From Octopus sinensis (taxonomy: Eukaryota), in contig NW_021836098.1 of the NCBI RefSeq assembly GCF_006345805.1, positions 1-25,396 on the forward strand: a stretch of DNA of 25,396 nucleotides, in the 5' to 3' direction. Under the pieces are notes generated by a model, which was given only the letters and a program-made list of their open reading frames with translations, made no database searches and had not been told where the DNA came from. The translations under genes and the position numbers were made by a program. Below are positions 9,496 to 21,085 of the stretch, piece after piece; the first letter of the stretch is position 1, and each line of letters starts with the position of its first letter.

Positions 9496-9515
9496 ATATT
9501 TCCAGAAATATTAAA
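9491..9515 (+). terminator. Candidate polyadenylation signals of the propeller gene
   Basis: AATAAA at 9491-9496 overlaps the TAA stop; ATTAAA at 9510-9515. Such hexamers are common by chance in AT-rich DNA. Confidence 0.25.
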
Positions 9516-9877
9516 CTTCAATCTTCTTCTTCTTATTGTTGTTGTTGTTGTAAATGGCTTCGCCCGGGAATCGAACCTGCATCGCATACATTACATTCTA
9601 CACACTAACACTTATTGTTGTAACATTCCTCAACACTCTCTCTTTGTGTGTGTGTATATATTTATGTACAGTATATGTACATGTGTTTATATATATACAC
9701 ACATATTTAGGCATGTATGTATAGAAATAAGGCTATAAATATGTATGTTTGTGTGTGTGTATATACGCATGTATATATATGTATATATATATATATATAC
9801 GCATGCATGTATGTATAGGAATGTCTGGTCCGAAAGCAGAGACTTTCATAATCATTGATTCTCCATTAAAAGGCAGA

Positions 9878-10253
9878 CGACCACCGCCGCCGTATCCGCC
9901 GTCGTCGTCGTGGTGGTCGTCGTCGTCGTGGCCGTCTCCGCCGTCGTCGTGGCCGTCTCCGCCGTCGTCGTCGTCTCCGCCGTCTCCGCCGTCGTCGTCG
10001 TGGTGGTCGTCGTCGTCGTCGTGGTGGTCGTCGTCGTCTCCGCCGCAGTCGTCGTCGTCGTGGCCGTCGTCGTGGCCGTCTCCGCCGCCGTCGTCGTGGT
10101 CGTCGTCGTCTCCGCCGTCGTCGTCGTAGCCGTCTCCGCCGTCGTCGTCGTGGTGGTGGTCGTCGTCGTCGTCGTCGTCATCATCATCATCACCATCACC
10201 ATCACCATCATCATCATCGTCATCATCACCATCATCATCATCGTCATAATCAC

Positions 10254-10286
<33 letters not shown>

Positions 10287-10435
10287 ATCGTCGTCATCAT
10301 CATCATCATCGTCGTCATCATCACCATCATCATATCGTCGTCTCACCATCATCACCATCATCATCATCACCATCATCACCATCATCATCACCATCATCAT
10401 CATCACCATCATCATCATCATCGTCGTCATCAGCG
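9878..10435. repeat. Compound triplet array: (GCC/GTC/GTG)n grading into (ATC/ACC)n
   Basis: Directly visible. The ORFs at 9749, 9852 and 9910 are low-complexity by-products. Confidence 0.95.
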
Positions 10436-10579
10436 TCGTGTGTGCGTGTGTGCAGTCTGCATCTGACAGTTTTTAACGTTTAATAAGAATAGATTGTTGT
10501 TGTTGTTGTTGTTGCAGTGACATTCCAACTGCACACACGCACAAACATTGCCTTTCGTCCTCGTAGGGTTGTTGTTGTG

Positions 10580-10960
10580 GGTTCATAAAAAAAGAGAAAG
10601 ACACTTTAAGAAGCATTCAGTAAAAGCATTCCCATAGCTGGTCATTTTTCACGCTAGAAATAAAACCACTTTACTTTTCATATAAATTTGAAGGACACTT
10701 TAAGAAGCATCATAAATAAATTGACCTGTATATGGTCTCATTTCATGCTAGAAAGAGCCACAAAACCTTCACATTTTTGTCTCATCACAAATAAAAATCC
10801 AAGGACAATTTACAAACATCCATGTCAAATATTGTCCTATAGATGCCTAACATCATGCTAGAAATAACAGCCAAATACTCTGAAATTTGTATCGTTTTTC
10901 ATAAAAAAAGTGAAGGACACTTTAAGAAGCAACTCTAAAAATATTGTCCTGCGGCGGTTA
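10580..10960. repeat. Degenerate ~94-112-bp tandem repeat, about 3.5 copies
   Basis: gacactttaagaagca at 10600, 10694, 10804 (variant) and 10916; ca(c/t)gctagaaa recurs once in each complete unit. Confidence 0.7.
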
Positions 10961-12119
10961 AGTGTAAAATTTATAAAAGTATGCATTTATGAGTTTTTAT
11001 GTGTGTTTAAAAAACATAGCAAAGACGTGTGTATGTAGGTATATACATGTGTATAAAGGTATTTTTGTATAAATATGGGTATTTTTGAATGAAATTTGGT
11101 AGAAATAACTTTCAAACGATGTAGATTACGATTAAAAAGAAATTTGTTGGCAAAATGTTTTGTAAGGGTTCGAGGGAAAAGGTGTGTGATTTAAGGGAGA
11201 TTTGGCTGTTGTTTCTAGCACTCCCCCCTCCTTGTCTTTTTTTTTTTTCTCATTTTTTCCCTCAGAAACACATTTATGTTATAAAAAAATAAAAAGAATA
11301 TTTAAAAAATCTCTGATTATTTTTAGCCCCACTTCCTGGCCCCCGATTCTTTCTCTTTATATAATTGTAAAATATTGGAGAGCCTGAGAAGATTCTTGCT
11401 GGGATTTATCCACAGGGATTTAAATAAGAGCTTTGTAAAAGAGGATTTCTTTTGAGAGCATCCTTTTCTGTTAGAAAATGAAAGTGGAAGTTTCATTAAA
11501 AATATCCATTTTCCTGGAAGTTATGAGGAAACAAAGTCGATGGGGTGTTCATCTGTAGTTATGCCACAGGATGTATATATATATATATATATAACTGTAG
11601 AAATGTAGGTGTGTATATATATATTATATGTATGTGTGTTTGTGTATACATTTATTCATGTATATGTACAAGTTTAAAAAAGAAATATCAAAAGATGTTG
11701 GAATATTTGAGGTATTGGATAATTTCCGACTCTATTGTATAGGATTGCCGATACATTTATATAGGAATATAAATATACATCATTACTATACCCACAGGAA
11801 AGCAGAATATTATACATACATACATATTCATATATAAACTCAAATATATATACATATAATTATACATTATTATACGTAGACTTCTTGCACACATAGAAAA
11901 GACGACGGGTAAATCCATCTGTGACAACCCATGCTTAAGGGTATCTGGTGATATTTCGGGTCTGGTATCATACAAACTGCCCAGTCTGGAGTCTCTCTAT
12001 AACTTCTGCCGCTTCCCGTTCAATTGTTTCTATTTGTCGCTTAGCAACGCTAATTTGAATGACAAAAAACGTGGAGAAAAAGGCGGGAAAATGTATGTAT
12101 AGATGTATATATATGTATA

Positions 12120-12152
<33 letters not shown>

Positions 12153-12324
12153 ATAATCGGATGAGTATGAATATATATATATACACATAGAGAGATACAT
12201 ACACGGAATCTATCTATATATATATGTATGTATGTATATGTGGATGTGTATGAATATCTATATACATATATAGAGAGAGAAATATAAAGTCGAGAGACTG
12301 ATGTATATACGGAATCTATCTCTC

Positions 12325-12358
12325 AGACTAAGTGTATGTCTGTCTTTTTTTCTATCTG

Positions 12359-12391
<33 letters not shown>

Positions 12392-12560
12392 GTATCTATC
12401 TATCTATCTATCTTTCTCTGTCTGCATTTGTGTGCTTGTTTCTCTCTCTCTCCCTCTTTTCTCTTTCTATCTACCTCTCTTACAGTCTATATATTTGACT
12501 GTCTGTCTGTCTGTCTCTCCTTCTCTCTCTCTCTCTCTATCTATCAATCTATCATCTCTC
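12325..12560. repeat. (TATC)n / (TC)n / (TGTC)n microsatellite cluster
   Basis: Directly visible. Confidence 0.9.
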
Positions 12561-12977
12561 TCCTTCTCTCCATAATACGCTACGGTGTTATAATATGTAC
12601 ATTTCGCTATTGTGTGTGGCAAGATGGTGTTGGTCTGATGTGTACGTTTATAGTCGTTCACAAATCCATTGTGGGGTGCATTCGATTGCATTCTGTGGTT
12701 CCCCAGCCACATGGGAGAAGTGCAAAGGCAAGCCGAAACGATAATCGTGCTAAAGATAGCTTCCAGCACACTCTGCCTTCCCTATCAATTCTTTAAAACA
12801 TACTGAACGTGCACCGAGGAATTCCTTACGTAGACCCTGCGACTACAGTGCAGCCGCTGCGGACGACACCTGGTAACCGTATGTGGTGAAGGTGCACTCA
12901 ACGCACACGACTAGGGACATACCCAAAACAACGGGTGGACACGACATTTTAAAGTCTCCTATGTATTGTATGGATAT

Positions 12978-13200
12978 TCTTTATTTTTGTACTTAAGTCA
13001 TTTTGACTGAGGCCACGCTGGAGCACCGCCTTGAAGGGTTCATTTAATCAAAAACATCGACACCAGGACTTATTAAGCCTTGTACTTAACCTATCGGTCG
13101 TCTTTGCCGAACTACTAAGTGACATAGACGTAAACATAGAGACATCGGTTGTCAAGCGCTGGTGAGGGGAGGAGATAGACACACACACACACACACACAC
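12978..13200 (-). mobile_element. SINE family B 3' part
   Basis: The reverse complement matches 23855-24030 (gacaaccgatgt..agttcggcaaa..aataagtcctgg..ggcggtgctccagc). Confidence 0.75.
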
Positions 13201-13213
13201 ATATACCCAATAG

Positions 13214-14895
13214 GCTTGTTAGCAGAGTTACAGGCCGAAAGTTATCAACAATGTCCCCCTTGTTCGGATCCTTCCTCAATGGCATCACCACACCTTGGCT
13301 CACAGTTCTGCTGCCTGTTGCGTTAGACATCTTGCAAAATCTCACCAGACAAGTCTAGCATATGAATATAAATTTCGAAGGGCAAACCATCCAATCCCGG
13401 AGACTTCTCCTTCCTGCAAGTCTCCAGTGCATCTCTCGTATATCTTCCGCTGTTATTGGAATTTCGCATAATTCCACATCCTTGGCCAAGAGCTGCAGCA
13501 GTCCATCGAGGTAGGAGGTGGAGTTCACCCCCGCCTCCGAACCACTGTGCGCCTCGTATAGTTCAGCAAAGTGCTGCTGAAATTCCGTACAAATCTGCTT
13601 GGAATCGTGTAACAAGCACTCATCCCAACCCATCAAACACCAAATTGTAGTTTTAGGGCCATGTTGCACCTCGGCATACCAGTTGCCCACTAACTCTAAG
13701 GGGCGAGAAATCCCAAGGAAGTCCTCCAAGCGTGTCTGACATAATTGGATGTGTTCTATTAATTCATTACTTTTTGTACTTATAGCCATGAGATTAATAA
13801 TGTCTGGTTTATGGTCATTTGGTGGAATGAAGTGCGTCTGTTGTGTATGGAGGCTATGTTGTGTTTGTGATGGTTGTAGATGTGGTGGTGGTAGTGGTGG
13901 GGATGATGTTAGTGTTGCCTCTGTGTGTGTGTGTGTGTGTGTATGCATGGTGTGCTATTCTTACTGCACCTTCCCTCCTCCATTTTCTTGGACGTTTTTC
14001 TTTTCTGGTTATCGTTTGTGCTCTTCCGTCTTTTCCTTCCTTTCCCTGTGACTCTTTCACATGCCTGTCCCTCCTTATTTCTCTCATTTTCCTTAGCTGA
14101 ATAGGGGACGGGTATTTCTTCTGCAGGTATTTGTTTTACTGTTGGCGCTGTTAACAGTGTTGTCATTATTTTTGGTGGGGGGGGGGTTCCCTGTTGCTGC
14201 TGCTGCTGTGCATTCTGCCTGACATTATGCAGTTGTTTCCATTCCAGTCGATGTTGTAGCTGCAGCTGCTGCCGGGGCTGTTGTGGTTTTTGTGAATGTT
14301 CTTATGTCCAATTGTCTCTGTTGCTGCCCTTCTTGTGGTGTCTGTTGTTATTGTGGTTGCAGTGGTGTTAATGGTTGCTGTGGATCATTTTTTCCCCTTT
14401 TCTTCTTTCCCTCAGACTATAGACTCTGACCTGAATCACCACAGAAGTAACATCGTGGCCTTCTTCCTTCCACGATTACCTGAAGATGCTTGCCTCCAGG
14501 GATTTCTATTATGTCGGGAATTTTCTCTATAGTTTCTGGTTTTACTTGCAGTAGAATTTTTGACCCTGTCCCACCCTAGTTCATCCCTTGGGATTTTCTT
14601 TTATTTCTAGGAGGCTTCTAGAATCTTCCAGCACCACGGCTTTCACTACCCACCGGAAATCGATTTCTGGTGGTATTTTACTTATATTTATTTGGAGCAC
14701 TCTCTGTCCCAAATAGATAGCATTTAAAGAGAACTCTTCCATTTTTAATGGGACAGTTGAATGTTTATGTGTTAGTGATTCCGACTGGAATATGACCTTG
14801 ATGTAGCCAAACTTTGGGGCATGGCAAACAAAGCTGACATCTCCCAATATATTTTTCAGGCACAGCTCGGCTTGCTCTGATGGTAATTTTTCCAT
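13214..14895 (-). mobile_element. Decayed L1/Tx1-like LINE: ORF1 with zinc-knuckle remnant, joined to the pre-RT/RT start of ORF2 (endonuclease missing)
   Basis: ORF1-like MEKLPSEQAELCLKN..PKFGYIKVIF (14895-14581) and KIPDIIEIPGGKHLQVIVEGRRPRCYFCGDSG (14536-14417). ORF2-like CTEFQQHFAELY..CEIPITAEDIRE and SQGVVMPLRKDPNKGDIVDNFRPVTLL (to ~13214). Several stops and shifts. Confidence 0.75.
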
Positions 14896-16261
14896 GCTGA
14901 ATGATACCCAGCATGGTTTTTGACAAGGTAAGAGCTACCTGACCCAGCTCTTACAACATTATGACTGGGTGTTGAGGCAGTTACTCAACAAATCAAATCT
15001 GGACGTAATCTACCTTGATTTTGCAAAAGCTTTTGACAAGGTGGATCATGGTATGATATGCCACAAACTGCGTGACCTCGGCATAGCTGGAAAACTTGGA
15101 GTGTGGTTACATGACTTCCTGAAAGATAGGAGTCAGGCAGTAGTGTTTAATAGAGCCACCTCTATGATCACATAAATAGTGAGTGGTGTTCCACAGGGCA
15201 CTGACTTGGGACCGCTACTTTTTATAGTGGCCCTCTCAGATATGCCCTCAAATGCCCGGATAGCCACTCTGGCAAGCTATGCAGACGATACGAAAGTCTC
15301 GCAGAAAATACAGAACCCCAGCGATGTTGCACACCTGCAGCAGGAGTTGCACTCAATCTACAGATGGGCTGAGGATAATAATATGCAGTTTAATGCTGAA
15401 AAATTCCAGGCCCTGTGCTACCAGCATCCAAAACTGAATATTGAACTTACAGGATACACCGGTCCACATGGAATTTCAATCCCAGAGCCTAAGTCTGTGA
15501 GGGACCTGGGTATCGACATGGGTGAGGATACCTCTTTCCAAGTGCACATTACCAGGATGGCGACAAAGTGCAGACGACTGGCTGGGTGGATCCTAAGAAC
15601 ATTCAGAACCAGAGATAAGGAAATCATGATGGTCCTCTGGCGGACATTCGTCCTCAGCCGCCTGGATTACTGCTCACAGCTATGGTCACCCACCAGTGTA
15701 AAATAAACAGCGGACCTTGAAGCAATCCAGAGAAGATTCACAAAGAAGATCATCTCTTTGCAACAGCTCAGCTACTGGGAAAGGTTGGAACAGCAAAGAC
15801 TCTACTCCCTGGAGAGAAGACGGGAGAGGTGTGCAGTAATACATGTCTGGAAGATCCTGGAAGGAATTGTGCCAAAATTTGGCATTGTAAGCCACACCAT
15901 GCCAGAAGGGGCCGACACTACATAGTGCCAAAGATCCCAGCAATGCCACCGCGCTTCAGGACCTGTTACTGCAATAGCCTGGACCTCAGGGGCCCACAGC
16001 TTTTTAATATTCTCCCAAAGAGCCTGAGGAGCCTGCACAAAGTGGATGTAGGGGTTTTTAAATCAAAGCTGGACCTCTTCCTGTCGAGAGTCCCAGATGA
16101 GCCTACCTCACGGCAAAAGGTGCAAATGAGGATAAGCAACATCAAACTCCATTCTTCACCAAGTGCCACATATTAGAGGAGACTCTCAGTAATAACAGAG
16201 TAGCAAATGGCAGTGCTCCAGCATGGTCACAACTCTGAGCTGAAACTACAAAAAGAAAAAA
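14894..16261 (+). mobile_element. 5'-truncated CR1/L2-type LINE: reverse transcriptase pseudogene and 3' UTR
   Basis: QHGF*QGKSYLTQLL, VIYLDFAKAFDKVDHG, SGVPQGTDLGPLLF, YADDTK, LSRLDYCSQLWSP, RGPQLFNILP..FKSKLDLFL. In-frame stops at 14921, 15173 and 15704; A-rich end at 16250-16261. Confidence 0.92.
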
Positions 16262-16334
16262 TATGTTAATATATATTATATACATATATAATCAGTGTAT
16301 TGGCTTTAGAATAATCTTCTTTAGCCCTTAATTA

Positions 16335-16375
<41 letters not shown>

Positions 16376-16440
16376 TTGTACATATATATATATATATATA
16401 TTTCTTTGGATGCATATATGATTGATTGATTGATTGATTC

Positions 16441-16480
16441 CAGTTTCAGCTTATAGCTGTGGCCATGCTGGGGCACCGCC
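16441..16480 (-). mobile_element. 40-nt copy of the LINE/SINE 3' tail
   Basis: The reverse complement ggcggtgccccagcatggccacagctataagctgaaactg matches 16209-16247. Confidence 0.7.
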
Positions 16481-16864
16481 ATTTATATTATACAAATATT
16501 AATTCATTTAATGGGATTAATCGATATGCGGGTATTCTATTTCAGATAATACAAAATAACCTAATGAAATACAATTTTTCAACTGGAATTTTCAAAAGGT
16601 TTGTGACTGATTTCCAACATTTTCGGTTCCATGTTTTCTTGACAAAGATTTACACTACAGTGAAATGCAGGGTAAATATAATCTTCACAGTATTAGTAAA
16701 TGTGTATTAACCCATAATTTCTTAATCTGATAAGTGTGAGTGAGGAAAATTTCTAAGTGCAATTTTTCATTTCACGATTCTCAAAATATTTGCTGATTAT
16801 TTCAAACATTTACAGTCCTCGTCTTTTCCGATAAATCGATACATGCCTCTTGACCTTACAAGGT

Positions 16865-17470
16865 CAGCAAGTCCTCAGTGTGCTGCCACTACCTCATACA
16901 TCGGCACATGAGTGCCCTCACCTTCGCTGTCATTGTTGCACTCCGCCTTGCACCCAGGCTTGCTCATACACTCATTCATGCTTGCCTGCTCCTCACCATC
17001 ATATGCACCGCTGACAGCATCTCTGGTCATTCATCATTTTTCACATTCAGACTCCTCCTCACCTTCGCCTTGATGTCATGGCTATGACCTCATCCGCTGC
17101 CACAGCTGTGAAGACTACACCTCTGCCTTGCTTCTAGTCCAACAATATCCTCATTGTGTCCCCCAATGCATTCCCATGACCACCTCCACCAGTTGGCATG
17201 CTATGGAAGCTTGCAATCTGTTGCTGCCCTTCTGGCTGATTTCGTACTGGGGACACTGTTGCTCATGCTTATGCGCTCTATGATCAACCACCTGCTTCTC
17301 TTTACTTCCTCCTCACTGACCCTCGACCTTGACTCAACATCCCCTCCATGCTGGGCACCACCAGAGACCATTGTCAACACCTCACCACTTCCATATATGC
17401 TCACTGCTCCGGTTTTGTCGTTTTCTGTTGTTGAGGACCCGGTCAGGTTATGCTACTGATCTTGTGTTGC
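16865..17470. other. Relatively GC-rich, strand-skewed (C/T-rich on +) block, probably a decayed repeat
   Basis: Compositional contrast with the flanks; no recognisable protein motif in any frame. Confidence 0.3.
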
Positions 17471-17609
17471 ATTGCCACGGATGCAGCAGAAAGGCAAGAA
17501 GTAAAAAGAATATAACTGTGATATTATATCCCAGGATTCATGAAGCTTCCAGTCGTTGTGATACGTGCACCAGAAAATAAATAAAACAAGAAGAAAAAAC
17601 ACATTATTT

Positions 17610-17990
17610 ATAATAATAATAATAATAATGAAATTATTGTATACAGTGATCAGGTGCACCACAACTTGTCAGAAAGTGCATATAAAGTACATGCAGTAAT
17701 GTAGAAATGTCTGGAAAGCGAACAATGTATGAGTCAGATACATGCTTGCACGTGTATGGAGGGGAGAAAATCAGGTGTAGTGTTGGCGAATCTCAGGAAG
17801 CATGGAAGTTTTGAAGGATGCAGTGCTCCGACAACTAACAACTGATGCCGGCAGTTTGTTCCATGCTTCAGCAACTCTTAGCGTGAAAAAATGTTTCCGA
17901 AAGTCATGGGAGCTGTGCTGTTTTCTGACTTTGTAAACATGTCCACGGGTGTTAGACAGGTGGAGTTTGAAAAGGTGCTCAGAGTTATAA
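17610..17990 (-). mobile_element. CR1-type LINE 3' end with 3' UTR and (ATT)n tail
   Basis: NTRGHVYKVRKQHSSHDFRKHFFTLRVAEAWNKLPASVVSCRSTASFK fits the CR1 ORF2 C-terminal pattern (TRGH..K..R..FF..RV...WN.LP..VV...S...FK). Confidence 0.85.
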
Positions 17991-19738
17991 ATACATTCAC
18001 ACAAATGAAAGAAAACAACAGTGTCCCAGTGCAGCATAACTGAAAAAATTCTTGCAGGAACAAATGGACTTCATAACAAGAGGTAAATGACACTGGATAG
18101 TTATTGCTGTTCGTAACAGTAAAGCAGAAGCTAAAACTCTGGCTACTATTACTTGCACATCCCAAGGTTCTCTTATGACTTAACTATTTATAGAGAAGAC
18201 TGGTGACCAAAATAGGAGTTAGCAATGTATCAGCCCCAACAGGGGCCAGACAAAACTGGTGGCAATGGTGGAGGAGCACATAAAGGTTATAACCCTCAAG
18301 TCCACTCTCTAGCAGAATCATTCACCCATGACAGCGGGTGAATAAATTAATTGGGTTTAAAAGACTGTGTTCATTGAGGAGAATCTTTTGGTGAAAACCT
18401 TGTTAAAAAGTATCAGCAAGGAGAAAAGTTGTGACTTTAAGTAATGAAATATGGTAAGTAACACCCAAGATTGACTTTGAATCAAAATATATCAACTAAT
18501 ATTGAAGAAAATTATACAACAGTTGTGTTCAAATGAATCATCAAAAAATAATAGCATAAAAAAAGTGGTGTATCTTTAACTGACAAAAAAAAAAAGGTGA
18601 TTGTTTACACAAATGAAAATATTTTGGTCATTTTAAGATATTTAACATTATAAAAGTTGGTATCAGATGTAATAGTTCATGTAGCTTAATGGTACAGTAT
18701 GCTTATCTGTTTTTTAAATGATACGGTTTCTCTGTAGTGGCTTGGTATAAAGTTTTCTGCTTTCATTTTCTAAGAGTATTTTATCGATCTTAGCTGTTTT
18801 CACTTCTCCACTGCATTCGAGATTTCTTTTCTAGATTTTTCTAAAATTTTTCTGGAACAACTGAATAACAACATCAGGTTTAGTGAGAAAAATTACATCA
18901 ATATATCAAATTTAAACATTTTCACTCAATTTAAAAATTTTTAAGAAGTGAAAACCAACCAGAAAAGAATTTCACTTTTTCCAGAAAAATTTTAGAGAAA
19001 TGTTAAAGAGGTTTAAAGTTTGATTATTCTTAATCAGAAAACAGAATTTAGAAATCGATAAGTTGTAAGAAGTTTTGAAATTTGAATAAGTTTAAATGAA
19101 TCAAGTCAAGCGAAACACTGGAGAAGGAAAAATTATCCATAAATTTTTTTTGGAAAAATTACAGGAAAACAAACAGGTACAGATGCATTTTATGTGGTAG
19201 CAGCAGCAGAAGCCTGCAAGATGAAAACACTCAGCTGGAGAGGGACGCAGGGGACACGCCTGTATGCAAGGACAACCATGCTTTAACTTGGTTTGACATG
19301 TCCTCTCATACAATCAGGGTTCCAGTTCCTCTGCCAGAGTTCTCTTTCTGCTGGGTCAGCTCTTCTTTTGCCCTTCACTAATCCAACAGTGAATAGCATC
19401 TTGTGATTTTGGTTAATACAACTGCTTCCCTTACTTTGTGCAGTCCTTTACAAACAACAAACCAAATAACACACTCTCTTGCTTTAATAAAGGTGAAGGG
19501 TAAAGAGCCCCTTTGGTATTGCACCTAGAAAGTTGCCCTCCGGGGCACAAAGTCCAGGCAGGATGGGTTTATGCATACCAGTCCCTCCTCTCCATAGGGC
19601 AAAGAAGGGTAAAGAGCCCCTTTGGTCATGAATGACTAAGGGATTACGGTAGAATTAACAAATTTGATGTCATACAAACACAGAGGCATTGCGCACCATA
19701 TTGCAGTACTGCACACATACCCGGGGTGGGGCTGCTGT

Positions 19739-19739
<1 letters not shown>

Positions 19740-19775
<36 letters not shown>

Positions 19776-19806
19776 CTGTGTGACCAACGTTGAAATATGA
19801 TCTAGG

Positions 19807-19838
<32 letters not shown>

Positions 19839-20244
19839 TGTGACAGCAGAAGTGTTCCAAATATGTAAACAGTTCCATAATGGGGCCTAGCGAGTGTGTT
19901 TGTGTGTGTATGTTTATGTGTGTGTGTGTTTGTGTGTGTGTGTATTTGTGTGTGTGTGTGATTGTGTGTGTGTGTATTTGTGTGTGTGTGTGTGTGATTG
20001 TGTGTGTGATTGTGCAACAGCAGACCTGTTCCAGGTATGCTAGTAGCCCATCCATTCTCCCTGGCTGCCCCCTCATGGGGCCAATGTCAATGTCTGCTGC
20101 ACTCAAGTCTGGGAACCTGATTGACAGGAATGAAAGGCCAGCTTCTTACACTTTATTCGAAGATATCGATCTGCTTTGGTTGGGTTTTTTTTCTTTTTTT
20201 TCCATAATCTTAAACAGAAAGTGGTGTACAAATGCACATTCATA

Positions 20245-20275
<31 letters not shown>

Positions 20276-20283
20276 CACACACC
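19740..20283. repeat. Alternating (CA)n and (GT)n microsatellites
   Basis: (CA)n ~19740-19774, (GT)n ~19808-19837 and ~19895-20013, (CA)n ~20240-20283. Confidence 0.9.
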
Positions 20284-20446
20284 TCAGCAACACATGCCGG
20301 ATGGCACCAAAATTTGGTCATAAACAGAAACAGGTACTCACATCTGCAAATGTCTGGAAGGAGGTGCATCCTGGAAAAAGAAATAATGATAATAATAATA
20401 ATAATTATAATAATAATAATAATAATAATAATAACGATGATGATGG

Positions 20447-20480
<34 letters not shown>

Positions 20481-20497
20481 TGATGATGATGGTGATG

Positions 20498-20713
20498 ATC
20501 CCTAAAGATCTGAACGGAAGGATAGAGGAAATAGGCATAAAACCCAGTTTCGTACAGCTGCAGAAAACAGGGACAGCTAGGATACTTAGGAGGGTTCTTG
20601 GCATCTAAGGTTACTTGTTGTAATACTTTAGGGGGGTTCTTGGCATTTCAGGCAACTTGTTGGAGCACGATGTTAGGATTCTTTTCTTTTCCAACAGTCT
20701 AAGCTGTTGAGTG

Positions 20714-20714
<1 letters not shown>
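20498..20714 (+). mobile_element. 3' end of an R4/Dong-like (restriction-like endonuclease) non-LTR element
   Basis: 20498-20608 translates as IPKDLNGRIEEIGIKPSFVQLQKTGTARILRRVLGI*, matching the QKT(xLL)GTARILRxVL C-terminus I recall for R4/Dong-type ORFs. It is flanked on both sides by TAA-type repeats. Confidence 0.65.
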
Positions 20715-20757
<43 letters not shown>

Positions 20758-20940
20758 TATAATAATAATAATAATGATAATAATAATAATAATAATATAA
20801 TATAATAATAATAATGATAATAAAATAATAATAATGATAATAATAATAATAATAATAATAATATAATAATAATAATGATAATAATAATAATATAATAATA
20901 ATATATAATAATAATGATAATAATAATAATAATAATAATG

Positions 20941-20974
<34 letters not shown>

Positions 20975-21049
20975 TATAATAATAATATAATAATAAATAA
21001 TGATAAAATAATAATAATAATAATAAATAATAATAATAATAATAATATG

Positions 21050-21085
<36 letters not shown>

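Noticed and set aside
9749-10476. Mucin-like (TTTTAETA), poly-Ser/Pro or poly-Val ORFs
   Set aside because: All frames are open only because the triplet repeat lacks stops; there is no signal peptide or non-repetitive coding flank.
18000-18420. Possible LTR or gag remnant
   Set aside because: No second LTR, primer-binding site or protein motif could be identified.
19100-19400. GC-richer segment as a coding exon
   Set aside because: No recognisable motif, stops in the candidate frames and ambiguous splice signals.
19495-19626. Identical 23-bp direct repeat gaagggtaaagagcccctttggt (19495-19517, 19604-19626) as a CRISPR-like array
   Set aside because: Only two copies 109 bp apart, no cas genes and a eukaryotic context; it is better explained as a local duplication of a repeat end.
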